From: a virus
Taxonomy: Duplodnaviria > Caudoviricetes
Direction: 5' to 3' (one strand)
DNA: 64,000 nt
IMG/VR virus record: IMGVR_UViG_3300013121_000018
Span: 1 to 64,000 of that record
Positions within the stretch are counted from its first letter, which is position 1. Each line of letters starts with the position of its first letter. Shown here one piece after another: positions 10,446 to 20,744 of the stretch. The notes beneath the pieces were generated by a model, which was given only the letters and a program-made list of their open reading frames with translations, had not been told where the DNA came from and did not search any database. Position numbers and translations under genes: made by a program.

Positions 10446-11144
10446 TTAATTATCTTTGTTATAAGGATAAAACCATCTTCTATAAATCTCCTGTGCACAT
10501 AAATCAACTAAAAGATAGTGATACTGTTCAGGTAATTCCGAAGTTATAGGTTGAGTTGTTGTATTATATGCAGTTGAATCGCCTTCATCATATTCTAAAG
10601 TATTGTAACCACCAAAAAATACATTTCTTGGTTGTTTAATATACTCTATTGTAACATCAGATATTGTTTCTGCTATATAAGCTTTTAAAGTATTTGATTC
10701 AATCCCACCAATTGCTCTTTCCCAAATCAAACTTGGTTTTGTTAAATCGTTCTTAATAAGAGAATTTAATTGATCATGTGACTTAATATCAATTGGTTGA
10801 AATTTACAATCATTACTGTAATAAAATCTTATATAATGTTTATAGTTTTCAGGCAAATTAAATACATGTGCTATACAATCAGGAGAAATAATACTGGTAG
10901 AAACTACTGATAAGGTTGTATCAGGAATAACAAGAGTTTGGAGCATATCCAATCTTTGTCTGTCAATTTCAAATCCATAATTATAACCAGAATTATTATT
11001 TCCCATTACAAGGTCTTCAACATATCGATTTTGTACAAAGTTTATTACATCATCGATCATCTCTGGAACCAAATCGGGATAATTCTGTGAATCTAATTTA
11101 TTTACTGCATATTTAATTTCCTGATGAAGCCTTTTAATTATCAT
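10446..11144 (-). CDS. head-tail ring/adaptor protein
   Basis: NKLDSQNYPDL..EMIDDVIN..Q, YIKQP, SELPEQYHYLLVD.CA pattern of crAss-like ring proteins; synteny. Confidence 0.6.
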   Translation of the reverse strand: MIIKRLHQEIKYAVNKLDSQNYPDLVPEMIDDVINFVQNRYVEDLVMGNNNSGYNYGFEIDRQRLDMLQTLVIPDTTLSVVSTSIISPDCIAHVFNLPENYKHYIRFYYSNDCKFQPIDIKSHDQLNSLIKNDLTKPSLIWERAIGGIESNTLKAYIAETISDVTIEYIKQPRNVFFGGYNTLEYDEGDSTAYNTTTQPITSELPEQYHYLLVDLCAQEIYRRWFYPYNKDN

Positions 11145-11154
11145 TTGTAATTAA

Positions 11155-12282
11155 TTAATATCCTTCTAATTTTACTCCTTTTGTACGAAGTTCTTTCAGA
11201 AGAATACCGTAATAATTTGTCAGTTCATCTTCTCCATTATATGCTTCAAATTCGAGATAAAGTCTGTTTATCAGAGAATCAAGTGAATCAAATTTATACA
11301 TGTTTGCTGTACCAACTTGTGAATGCCATACATAGAAAGAGTCCCTAATGTTAAATACATTTGTGTTCAAAGCTTGTTGAACCAGATACTTAATATTAAA
11401 ACGAGCAATACCATCTTTAGTAGAAATTTCATCAATAGCTCTCATGAAGTTATCAATGTGTTTCATCTGATGATCAGATGTCGTTGTTACATATTCACTC
11501 AAAATATTGTTAACCCTTTCAGAAGTAACATCTCCTACAAGAATTGGTTCACCACGATAATCTTTAAGAACTATAGCAATTTGATATGCTCTGAAAACAC
11601 CTAAATCGTGTTTTAGTTTATATAGATTATATGTAGCTCTTTCAATAATGTCATTGCGCAATTGACGTTCTTCTTCGTCTTCGTTTTCTTGTGAAACATA
11701 CCATGTATGAAAGGCACTGTTAGCAATATTTTTATTAGGAGCAATTGCAGGAACAACTTCAATCATTTCCATCAACATTTCCTGTCGAGGAGTATCATTA
11801 CAAAACCTATTAGGTCTAGGGTCTAAAGAAAGTGTTAGTTTTTCAAGAAAAGTCTTTTCACCTAATTTAGCATTAGGATTCAACATACTAAAAGTCATTT
11901 TTTCAGTATAGAATCCAGGAACTACTCCATGTTTTATTTCATAATAAATTTGCCGAGTAATCATACTCTGCCTAGAAATAGCATCCAATTTTTCATCAGA
12001 CCATTCTTCAGGAACATTATATTTATTACGAATTTCTTCGACGGCCATACCCTTAAAAGGATTTTCCCGTTCTTTTCCAAGATTTGTTAACAATTTCCCA
12101 GTTTGATGATTTGCAGGGAATTGATAAAGTGTTGGTACACCGTCCTCTTTAATTTTATTCATAACACGAGTAGGAATCACCTCACCTGTGTTTGTTTGAA
12201 TAGTATAAATTTGTTTGTGTCTACCTTGATAGGAAATCCTAGGAACAGGATTTACCCAAATAATTTTTTTTCCAGATTTCAT
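11155..12282 (-). CDS. conserved crAss-like virion (cargo-type) protein
   Basis: Synteny between the MCP and the ring protein; 375 aa. Confidence 0.45.
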   Translation of the reverse strand: MKSGKKIIWVNPVPRISYQGRHKQIYTIQTNTGEVIPTRVMNKIKEDGVPTLYQFPANHQTGKLLTNLGKERENPFKGMAVEEIRNKYNVPEEWSDEKLDAISRQSMITRQIYYEIKHGVVPGFYTEKMTFSMLNPNAKLGEKTFLEKLTLSLDPRPNRFCNDTPRQEMLMEMIEVVPAIAPNKNIANSAFHTWYVSQENEDEEERQLRNDIIERATYNLYKLKHDLGVFRAYQIAIVLKDYRGEPILVGDVTSERVNNILSEYVTTTSDHQMKHIDNFMRAIDEISTKDGIARFNIKYLVQQALNTNVFNIRDSFYVWHSQVGTANMYKFDSLDSLINRLYLEFEAYNGEDELTNYYGILLKELRTKGVKLEGY

Positions 12283-13007
12283 TCTTTTTCTTTTTGAAGC
12301 TGTGCATAATATGTCACTAATACATTAGCAACTATCTTAGCAAATTCTTTTCGTTTTTTTAGTGTATTTCTCATTTTATTCGGTATCTCTAACTGAACCG
12401 CAATAACATTAGGATAACGCTTGTAAATCTCTATACAATAACCACCATTAAAATATGGTTTAGGTTTCTCTGTAAAAGATGAAGGATAACAAAGTATTTT
12501 TTCAGAATATATTAAATTTCCTAGTAATATTTCTTTTTCTGTAAAACCTTTTTCTTTATCAAAACCAATTTCTAACATTCCATGTTTGTGATTTTGACCA
12601 TGAATATCTACATATAATATTACAGAATCAGACCAAATATTATTCATAATTGCTTTCTGTATATCATGATGATATTGATAATATAATTTACTTAGCTTTT
12701 TATCCACAAAAGCACTATCAACTTCTCGATTATAATCTATTTCTTTTCTGCTATTATTTGCATAAATAATCGATGGTTGTTTTCTTATCTTATATTGTAT
12801 TTCCTGAGAAATCAATTTTAGAACTTCTATAGTATAACTATCTTTAGTTGTTACACCAAATGTTCTATTTTTTATTTTGTTGGATTCAATAGAACCTCCA
12901 TGGGGGGCAGACAGTATAATAGGAATGTTTCCATCCACTGTTACAATGTCTTGCCCACATGAGAGATTGGAGAATAAAAAGAAAATACCAAATAATAGGT
13001 ATTTCAT
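12279..13007 (-). CDS. N-formylglutamate amidohydrolase-like (Zn hydrolase fold) protein, probable lipoprotein
   Basis: PIILSAPHGG, DYNR, VDIHGQ, FNGGY, AVQLEIP motifs; N-terminal hydrophobic signal ending LSC. Confidence 0.7.
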   Translation of the reverse strand: MKYLLFGIFFLFSNLSCGQDIVTVDGNIPIILSAPHGGSIESNKIKNRTFGVTTKDSYTIEVLKLISQEIQYKIRKQPSIIYANNSRKEIDYNREVDSAFVDKKLSKLYYQYHHDIQKAIMNNIWSDSVILYVDIHGQNHKHGMLEIGFDKEKGFTEKEILLGNLIYSEKILCYPSSFTEKPKPYFNGGYCIEIYKRYPNVIAVQLEIPNKMRNTLKKRKEFAKIVANVLVTYYAQLQKEKE

Positions 13008-13018
13008 TTTTTATTTTT

Positions 13019-14641
13019 TTAGAAGCTTGCAGCAAAGTTTGGTTGAACACGACCTACACGGGTAGTATCCCAAATAGTCAAGTCACCGGAAGTTTCACGG
13101 TAAATACCGCATTCTTTGTTGTTGCTATAAACGTTTGTGCCAGTCCTTTCAGCACCGGTTTCAAAATCATATACGTTACAAACAGTAAAGTATGATTCTA
13201 CACCATCTTGCATTACCATTGTAATGTTTTCTGAACGAGTCGCATCTACCGATTTCTGGTTAGTTGCACCCCAGTCAAAAATATCCATTGCATAAGATTC
13301 TGCAGTACGGTTTGTACCCGGAGCTTTAATTGGGAACAGTTTGCGGTCATCCTTAATCGGGTCATAAACCATCTGCAATACATAACCCATAGGCAACATC
13401 AGTTTTGTAAACTGAGCACCGAATTCAAGTTCATTTTCATGATAACCTTGAGGATCTGGACGCTTACGAAGGAATGTAGTGTCGATGTAAGAGAACTGTG
13501 ATGCTTCTTGAGCAACAAGCCTGTTCAAAAATTCGATACCGCCTTCACCAGTAGCAAGCATTACATTACGATCAGAGAATGTTCTACGTGTAAGGAAGAT
13601 TTCAGCAATGTACTCATAAAGTTCATTAAGAGTCAAAGAACCGTTATGTTCTTTGTAGTGACCATCACGAGCATATTGACGCCATCCAGCACCACGCTTC
13701 AGAGTTCTAGAGCTATCAGGATCTTCACCTTTGTAGAGGTGTCCAAACTCCATGTGGAGTTCCCTGTCCATCAAGATTCTTTCTTCCAAACGGGCTTCAA
13801 TCTTAGATACAAATACACCAGCTTCAATCAATTCAGGTTTACCGCCATTAGTTACATTCATCTTTTGTTGATAAACATAACCTACGCCGATAGCACCATC
13901 ATAATATGATTTGCCACCAATATTGTAACCTTGATTCTTAGGCATAGAAGAGCCTGACTTACGGCAACCGATTTCAGTACGAATAAATTTGTCAGTAAAT
14001 TCTGCTTTACGAGCATAGTTACCAACCCAGCCTTGCAGCTTAAACATTTCACCATACTGATCACCTGCATACTTGGTGTTAAGTTCATCTGTTACCGCAG
14101 TGGTAATATCGATGAAACGACGACCAGGATTGAAGTATTCGGCTGGAATCCAAGCATTCTTGTCAGAAGTCAGAAGAACAGCTTCATACAACCATGAGTT
14201 AACATCAATCTGTTGTGGAGATTGAGAAGTAATCATGATAGGTGGAAGATCAGGATGCTCACATTTAAGTACTACTGGAGTGTGCAGCCAGTCACGGTCT
14301 AGTTGAAATTGGAACGGCATTCCTGCTTTACCAACCTGTGCATCCGCAGCAAATGGATTCGTAGTAGAACGGAAATCAACATCCGCATCTGCAATCAAAG
14401 ACCATTCGTAGTCGTCTGTACCCGGAGGCAAAAGAAATACGTTTCCTTTAGCAACAGTGTAATAAGTAAATTTTTTGTTCACCAGATGTGAACCAAGTTC
14501 TGCCGAAAATAGTTGTGCGTTCCTTACACCGAAGTTAAACGGTTTATATTTTCGGAACATTTCCGCATGTGTGTAACTGTCATAGTAACTGCCACCAAAT
14601 GCTTTGCGTTCAACTGTTTGTAGTTGTGTACGTCTTACCAT
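13019..14641 (-). CDS. major capsid protein
   Basis: 540 aa; follows portal and acidic scaffold; DDYEWSL, TGEGGIEF, LEFGAQFT, G.LTIWDTTR motifs resemble crAss-like MCPs; high-expression codon bias. Confidence 0.85.
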   Translation of the reverse strand: MVRRTQLQTVERKAFGGSYYDSYTHAEMFRKYKPFNFGVRNAQLFSAELGSHLVNKKFTYYTVAKGNVFLLPPGTDDYEWSLIADADVDFRSTTNPFAADAQVGKAGMPFQFQLDRDWLHTPVVLKCEHPDLPPIMITSQSPQQIDVNSWLYEAVLLTSDKNAWIPAEYFNPGRRFIDITTAVTDELNTKYAGDQYGEMFKLQGWVGNYARKAEFTDKFIRTEIGCRKSGSSMPKNQGYNIGGKSYYDGAIGVGYVYQQKMNVTNGGKPELIEAGVFVSKIEARLEERILMDRELHMEFGHLYKGEDPDSSRTLKRGAGWRQYARDGHYKEHNGSLTLNELYEYIAEIFLTRRTFSDRNVMLATGEGGIEFLNRLVAQEASQFSYIDTTFLRKRPDPQGYHENELEFGAQFTKLMLPMGYVLQMVYDPIKDDRKLFPIKAPGTNRTAESYAMDIFDWGATNQKSVDATRSENITMVMQDGVESYFTVCNVYDFETGAERTGTNVYSNNKECGIYRETSGDLTIWDTTRVGRVQPNFAASF

Positions 14642-14652
14642 TGTTTAATTTG

Positions 14653-15690
14653 TTAAAATTCTATAATAGGTTCTATTGAATCATATCTCTTATTTTGATT
14701 AACGTCTTTTTTTGCTGAAGTTTTCGGTAAAGAACTAAAACTGTCTTTAAGAATACTCTTTCTTACAGCCTGTGTTTCTGAAGACTTGGCTTCTTTAACA
14801 AACGAATCAAAATTAAATTCTTTTTTATTCTCGTCAAATTTTGTCATAATATAGGCCAACTGAACGTATGCTTTAGGATTTTCCCAAGCATTCTTAATAA
14901 TTGTACTAATTTTATTATCACGCAAAACATTAACGATGGTATTCAGAGTAGGCTTATCATAATCTTCTGAATTTAATTCTTTTTGTATAGCCAAGCTTCT
15001 TTGTCTTGTTCTCTCGGCAATCTGTTCATTTTCTCTTATCTTATCATCAATAAGTTTTTGATGGTTGTTAGACTGTTTTAGTTTTTCTGTTTCAGCTTTA
15101 GCTTCAGTCATCAAACTACCATCATCTTCCATAGCATCAAGTGCAGCTTCAACAGCTACAGGTCTAAGTGTTTTGGAAAGATGTTCTTTCATAAAAGACC
15201 TTGCGCCTTCTACTGTAGATACATCAATTTCCTTTTCAGCATTATCTAAATCTTCAAGATAGGTTTGCATAAAACCTTTCAGAGATTCTTTAGTAATGTT
15301 TTCTCCAGAAGCAAATCCAAATTCTAGAACTTTCTTCAAAACATCGGGTGCAGATTCAATCATATCTTCTGCAATCCTATCAGGAAGAGTTTCTAGCATT
15401 GATTCTAAGCCTTCCCATGAGGGTTTAAACTCTTTATCTTCATATAATATTCCTTTTCCAACAAGAGTGTCATAAAGGGCTTTAACTGTAGATTCTTCAT
15501 CAGAAACCTCTTCTTCAGCAGGTTCTTCAGTTTCTTCTTCTACAGTTTCTACGATAGGCTCTTCTGTTTCAACTTCAGGAGCTTCTTCTTCATTTTCGGA
15601 TTTCTTTTCTTCAAACTCCTCACCTGTCAAATCTAGTACAAATTCGTCTAAATCATCAAAGCTAGGAATCAGGTTGTCAGTATTTTCCAT
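14653..15690 (-). CDS. scaffolding-like acidic protein
   Basis: Very acidic N-terminus, coiled coil, between portal and MCP; ATG at 15690. Confidence 0.6.
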   Translation of the reverse strand: MENTDNLIPSFDDLDEFVLDLTGEEFEEKKSENEEEAPEVETEEPIVETVEEETEEPAEEEVSDEESTVKALYDTLVGKGILYEDKEFKPSWEGLESMLETLPDRIAEDMIESAPDVLKKVLEFGFASGENITKESLKGFMQTYLEDLDNAEKEIDVSTVEGARSFMKEHLSKTLRPVAVEAALDAMEDDGSLMTEAKAETEKLKQSNNHQKLIDDKIRENEQIAERTRQRSLAIQKELNSEDYDKPTLNTIVNVLRDNKISTIIKNAWENPKAYVQLAYIMTKFDENKKEFNFDSFVKEAKSSETQAVRKSILKDSFSSLPKTSAKKDVNQNKRYDSIEPIIEF

Positions 15691-15693
15691 TTG

Positions 15694-15770
15694 CAAAGTT
15701 AACTGCTTTTTTGCATAAAAAATAAAGTTTTAATTGTATAACTTAAATATTTGGTCATAACTAAGTTATA
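15694..15770 (-). promoter_or_regulatory. Bacteroidota-type -7 promoter element (TAACTTTG) with upstream 20-bp box
   Basis: TAACTTTG at 15701-15694, 3 nt before the ATG; box TATAACTTAGTTATGACCAA at 15770-15751. Confidence 0.65.
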
Positions 15771-15781
15771 CTCTTAAAAAA

Positions 15782-18412
15782 TTATTTTACGCTACTTTTA
15801 TTTTTAATCTTTTTTTCTTCTATTTCCTTTCTCATTGACATCTCTTTATCTTTTTGGTCAAGTTTTCTTGCCTCTAGATTCAGTTTTTGATTGTCAACAT
15901 TTTTCTTATGAAGAAGTTCTGGAGATTCTCCTTCCTCTTCTTCTTCTGTATCATTGCTTCTTACTTCGGCAACTTTTACTTGCCACATTCCTTGACGGTC
16001 AACTTTACTTAGTTCAAAGTTTTGAGCATTCTCAATTTGTCTTTGTTGCATTTGAGCAATCTTTTCTTGAGATTCTCCTTTAATCTTTTCGAGTCTTTCA
16101 AGTCTTTCCTGTTGCTTTTGAGATTCAATTGATATTAATTTGTGTACTTCTTCAGGAGAAGCTCCTGCGGTAATACTCTTAATTAAAGATGAAATTGATT
16201 CTAAACCTTCACCAGCATTCTGAGCAAAAGCATGTGACATGTTCATCATGCTATTAATATACTCTTTACTATTACTACTATCAGTAACAAATAATCCCAT
16301 TTGAACAGGGTCAAGCATTTTCTTAGTTATCTTGAAAAGTTCTTTTGTACCATCAGGTAAGATGTAAGACAAACTATGTTCTTCCATATCAGGATTGGAT
16401 TCAAATATCCTTTCACAATATGTTCTGAAATTCTTTAGATAATCTTCAAACAATTGTCTCCAAACCTCATTTACATAAAAGAAGTATGGTTCAGTAATAA
16501 AACTGGATTGAACCAAAGCTTGTTGATTATCTGAAACATTTGTATTAGGGGCAACCATAGCCTCTCGTTGAGGGGGAATACCCATTGCAATACCCATTTC
16601 AGCTTCAATAAGTGAAAGAAGGTTTTGCAGAACAAATATTTCTTGTGCAGTACCGATAATATGACCAGCAGAACCAGGACTTCTAGTAGAAGGTGGGAGA
16701 CCACCTAAAGAGTTCTGTGAACCAGAATAGAAGTTAATACCGGTTTTCTTACGGTAAATCATCCAGGTTGCTATAGGGTCTTTAATCAATTCACCATTAA
16801 TATCTTTACCAAGTTCTGTTGGAATCTGGTCAACATCAACATCATTAATATATCCTTGATACTTAGCAAGTTCTCGGTTTTGAATATGCTTTACATAAAT
16901 ATACTGAAAGTAATAAGGTAAAGCTCTTTCCAACAGAGAAACTGATTTAGCATTCCTAGAAGTAAATATTGCACCGAAAGTAGATAAATTAAATGAAGAA
17001 TATGGTTCTTCAATATTAATACTTTGAAAAGGTACTTCTCTAGCAATAGGATAAATATCATTACCTAAACGTACAACCTCATACTTTCTTGGAATCCACA
17101 GTTCTTCTGCTTCAAAATATTTCTCTGATAGCGGATCAAACCAGACATGCTTTTCACTTTCATTTCCAAATTGATTTAGAAACTTTACTTTTTCAGCATA
17201 ATCCGGAATTTCAAAATCTTCAGGTACAACTTCAGTTATACGCTTCTTTCTTTCATTATCATATGTCAGAAATAAAACTTTCCTGAAAGCTTTAAACTCT
17301 ATATGAGTTTCCCAAATAAATCTGTCTTTACTGTGTTTTCTATTAACACCTGCGCCTTGATGCAAGCCCACACGTTTATCATCACTGTGTCGTGTAGAAT
17401 CATTAAAGAATTCTTGTAGAGTGTGATCAAATACAGCTTCTGACTGAGCACCATCAGCACCAAGTACATTGTGTCTAGGGTCAGAAATATTTGTTACGTG
17501 CGTATAAACACCGAGTCTTTCAATGTCAACATCGGATAAAAGATGCCCATAAGAGTTATAAACATCTGCAAGAGAAATTGGTTTCTTGTACCAAAAATAA
17601 TCACCTTTATTAATAAAGGGTTCATTTGGATCTTTTAACCAACCTGAATAAAGAGGATTCCTTATTTCAAAATAAGGTTTACCAAAACGCCATCCAGAAT
17701 AAACAAAAAACCTGTCCACTATAACAGTGTCTTCCATAGTTTCTTGTTTCTTCATTTTGTAAGATTGGTCATACATACCATACTTAATAGCATGGTTGTA
17801 GAATATTTCCCAATCTGTAAGGAAGTCTTTTTGTGCTAAGTCTTTTGGTTCAAGTTTGGTTCTAAGTTCATCAACCTGCTGTTTTGCTTCTTCGGGAGAC
17901 AATCCTTGTTGTTCAAGTTTCATAGCTTCAACAACAAGTTGTAATTTTTCTTCTACAGACTTTTGTATTTCCTGATAACGAAGAACATTCTTTTCTGCAA
18001 ATACTTTTGGTGAAAAAAGATTGACAATAAAGTTGTCATTTCTTTTAAGAATCTCTCCTTTTAAGAGATTTACCTTTGTATGTAACTTTGGATACGGAAG
18101 AATTTCTTCTTCAATGTTTCCAAGGTTTTCTCCAAGTGGATTGCAGAATTCATCCAATTGTTTTTTAAATCCTTCAAGATTGTTATTATAGACTTCGTAA
18201 AGAACTTTCATTCCCTCATAATCATCTATAACAGCAGTGTTTGCAGGAAGTATATAAGCTATATAATCCTTAAACCATTGCTTATCATTTGCATACTTTT
18301 CTTCTTCAGAAACCCGCAAAGAAAACATCGGTATTGCTTTAGATGTTTTTCTATTCTTTGCAGGATTCGTAGGAAAAAATGTATCCTTTACATGTTGTGA
18401 GTAATTGCTCAT
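15782..18412 (-). CDS. portal protein
   Basis: 876 aa; GIPPQREA, TNVSDNQQALVQSS.ITEP.F motifs and C-terminal coiled coil; synteny TerL-portal-scaffold-MCP. Confidence 0.85.
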   Translation of the reverse strand: MSNYSQHVKDTFFPTNPAKNRKTSKAIPMFSLRVSEEEKYANDKQWFKDYIAYILPANTAVIDDYEGMKVLYEVYNNNLEGFKKQLDEFCNPLGENLGNIEEEILPYPKLHTKVNLLKGEILKRNDNFIVNLFSPKVFAEKNVLRYQEIQKSVEEKLQLVVEAMKLEQQGLSPEEAKQQVDELRTKLEPKDLAQKDFLTDWEIFYNHAIKYGMYDQSYKMKKQETMEDTVIVDRFFVYSGWRFGKPYFEIRNPLYSGWLKDPNEPFINKGDYFWYKKPISLADVYNSYGHLLSDVDIERLGVYTHVTNISDPRHNVLGADGAQSEAVFDHTLQEFFNDSTRHSDDKRVGLHQGAGVNRKHSKDRFIWETHIEFKAFRKVLFLTYDNERKKRITEVVPEDFEIPDYAEKVKFLNQFGNESEKHVWFDPLSEKYFEAEELWIPRKYEVVRLGNDIYPIAREVPFQSINIEEPYSSFNLSTFGAIFTSRNAKSVSLLERALPYYFQYIYVKHIQNRELAKYQGYINDVDVDQIPTELGKDINGELIKDPIATWMIYRKKTGINFYSGSQNSLGGLPPSTRSPGSAGHIIGTAQEIFVLQNLLSLIEAEMGIAMGIPPQREAMVAPNTNVSDNQQALVQSSFITEPYFFYVNEVWRQLFEDYLKNFRTYCERIFESNPDMEEHSLSYILPDGTKELFKITKKMLDPVQMGLFVTDSSNSKEYINSMMNMSHAFAQNAGEGLESISSLIKSITAGASPEEVHKLISIESQKQQERLERLEKIKGESQEKIAQMQQRQIENAQNFELSKVDRQGMWQVKVAEVRSNDTEEEEEGESPELLHKKNVDNQKLNLEARKLDQKDKEMSMRKEIEEKKIKNKSSVK

Positions 18413-18759
18413 TTATTTAATACTGTATTTACTTTTAAGTGTTTATGTAGTTCATCTACAAGCCAACCTAAAAGATAACATTCAAATTCATCATTTTCCA
18501 AATCTGGTCTTTGCATTATGTCTTTCATAATATAGTTGACAGCATGATTTGCTTCATGCGCAACAATTCCTGGTGTACAAGAAGATTCTTTAAATAAAAG
18601 AATTATTAGTCCCTGTCGCATATAAACAGTCAGAGCATTGTAACCGTTGTCTGATTTATCTATAACAAGATTTGCTTTTTCAATGGCCTCACTTAAAGTA
18701 GGTTCTTGATAAACTTCTATCTTATGGAAAAACAGTGGAACCTTTAGTATCTTCTTCAT
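18409..18759 (-). CDS. small HExxH metallopeptidase-like protein
   Basis: IVAHEANHAV...NDEFECYLLGW. Confidence 0.55.
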   Translation of the reverse strand: MKKILKVPLFFHKIEVYQEPTLSEAIEKANLVIDKSDNGYNALTVYMRQGLIILLFKESSCTPGIVAHEANHAVNYIMKDIMQRPDLENDEFECYLLGWLVDELHKHLKVNTVLNK

Positions 18760-20203
18760 TGTTTAATACAAATGAGGTATTGATTAGGAGTTTAGTATTT
18801 GTAAAAGCATTATTTAATGCTTGAATACATACCTGTGCAGGATCAATTATACCGGATTCGATAAAGTTTTCAAATCGTTTTGCTGAAGTATTATAACCAA
18901 GGTTTTTAGCCAATACTTCATCTAAAATATTCAGAGATTCATTAGCATTTGCTAGAATCGTTTTTAAGGGCATTTTTAGGCATTCTGAGAGTACTTTGTT
19001 GTTTGTCTGTACTTCCGCCAAGGTTTTGCCACCGCCTTCCACAAATCCATTGTGAATAGCCGATTTAACAGCACCGTGAGCATCTTCAATCCTATCAAAT
19101 TCTTCAGACTGAGATTCTCTTGTAAGACCACCAACAAAAATAATTGCACTGCTTCCTTGTAGTCTATGGAGACGTTTGTTATAATCAAGTTCATCATATG
19201 CTTCAACAGCGTTATCTCTTAATGTTTTTAAAGCTTCTATTCTATCTTTAACCAAAGGAGGGTTATCATTATAGATGATAAATTTATATGCATCAACTAC
19301 AATCCTGTCTACAGTACCATCTTCATTTAAGAACGATGTAATATCATCAATATTCTTATTGACTGCATGACCGTAACCAGGTGTCCTAATAAGACATACC
19401 TGAGCACCTTGATTAACCTTATTCATCGAAAACAATCGGATGAATGCATCGGAGAATCTAGGGGCAACTACTACTAGAGGAATGTTGTTATCATAACTGA
19501 ATTGCAACATTTTCTTGTATTCGTCACTTACCATAGTACATGGTTCTGTATCAATATGAATATAGGCATTTTCAAAAACAACATTCTCCAGTTCTTTATT
19601 TGTCATAAAAGATGGATGTGCATAACCACTATCAAATTCAATACCAGTGAATCTTTCAAAATAAGTTCTGTCAGAATGGTCTGCCTTCTCAATATTAATC
19701 ATTGCAGAAAATCCTGTCTTCTCATATAAATTACGAAATAGTTTTCCAATAGCTTCTGATTTAGAAGATGTGGTTGCAATCTTTTCTACTTCATCTAAAG
19801 TATTAACCGCAATTGTTTTCTCTTTTATTTGCCTTACAGCATCTTCAATAGCAACTTCAAGATCATTAAGTGTTTTGTTTATAGAGTTGTTTTGAATCTC
19901 TGATAGTACACTATTTACCATTGTCTTTAACATAAGAGATGTAAGAGTTGTTCCATCACCAACTTCATTTACAGTTTTGTTTGCAGCACTAATAAGAAGT
20001 TGCGCGCCTACATTTTCAAATGGGTCAGGAAGAACAATACTTCTTGCAACAGAAACGCCGTCTTTGGTAAATCTTAGTCTACCACCATTTTCTATAATTA
20101 CATTCTTACCTTCAGCACCCATCGTTGAGGCAATAATGTCTGCAGCTTTGTTTAAGCCGTTTATAATCTTATCCAGATTATTTTCTATCAATTTAGTCTT
20201 CAT
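18722..20203 (-). CDS. groEL: GroEL-like chaperonin
   Basis: TMGAEGKNVII, FTKDGVSVAR, NEVGDGTT, GIEFDSGY.HP.F, RIEDA, GIIDPA motifs. Confidence 0.92.
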   Translation of the reverse strand: MKTKLIENNLDKIINGLNKAADIIASTMGAEGKNVIIENGGRLRFTKDGVSVARSIVLPDPFENVGAQLLISAANKTVNEVGDGTTLTSLMLKTMVNSVLSEIQNNSINKTLNDLEVAIEDAVRQIKEKTIAVNTLDEVEKIATTSSKSEAIGKLFRNLYEKTGFSAMINIEKADHSDRTYFERFTGIEFDSGYAHPSFMTNKELENVVFENAYIHIDTEPCTMVSDEYKKMLQFSYDNNIPLVVVAPRFSDAFIRLFSMNKVNQGAQVCLIRTPGYGHAVNKNIDDITSFLNEDGTVDRIVVDAYKFIIYNDNPPLVKDRIEALKTLRDNAVEAYDELDYNKRLHRLQGSSAIIFVGGLTRESQSEEFDRIEDAHGAVKSAIHNGFVEGGGKTLAEVQTNNKVLSECLKMPLKTILANANESLNILDEVLAKNLGYNTSAKRFENFIESGIIDPAQVCIQALNNAFTNTKLLINTSFVLNNEEDTKGSTVFP

Positions 20204-20279
20204 ACTAAGTTTATTTCTTTAATTTTATTTTTACTCATAAATCTATATCAGTTATAAACTTCTATTATTTTCTATTTGT

Positions 20280-20744
20280 TTAGTTGTCATTTAAACCTAA
20301 TTGTTTTATAAGTCTTTTTAATTCTGATTTGTTTTTTATCCAACCTTTAAATATGTCTTGCCAATCGAAACTGCTTTTAGCTTCTTCATATGGCACTAAA
20401 AATCTCCTTATGTATACATTGTAATATGGAGTAATAAATCCCCATCTTTCTCGTAATTCTTCAGCATTACATTCAGAAATCCATAAGTTAAAATTTCCTT
20501 TATTTGCAAAATAAAATGAAGCTGTATATTTTTCATGTGGAAGAGGATCCATTACAAAACCTAATTCTTCAGCGTCTTGTCTATCAATACATTTTACACG
20601 AACTCTATCTCTTTCAATAGCATCTTTTAAATCAAACTGAAAATCCCAAGAAAGTTTTTTCCATTCATTTGATACTGTGAAAACTTCAAATTCAAAACCA
20701 ACATGAAATTCATCTATTGTTGGTGTATAGTACTGTTCTTTCAT
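20280..20744 (-). CDS. hypothetical phage protein
   Basis: YYTPTIDEFHVGFEFE...IKNKSELKRLIKQLG, a pattern common in Bacteroidota phages. Confidence 0.55.
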   Translation of the reverse strand: MKEQYYTPTIDEFHVGFEFEVFTVSNEWKKLSWDFQFDLKDAIERDRVRVKCIDRQDAEELGFVMDPLPHEKYTASFYFANKGNFNLWISECNAEELRERWGFITPYYNVYIRRFLVPYEEAKSSFDWQDIFKGWIKNKSELKRLIKQLGLNDN

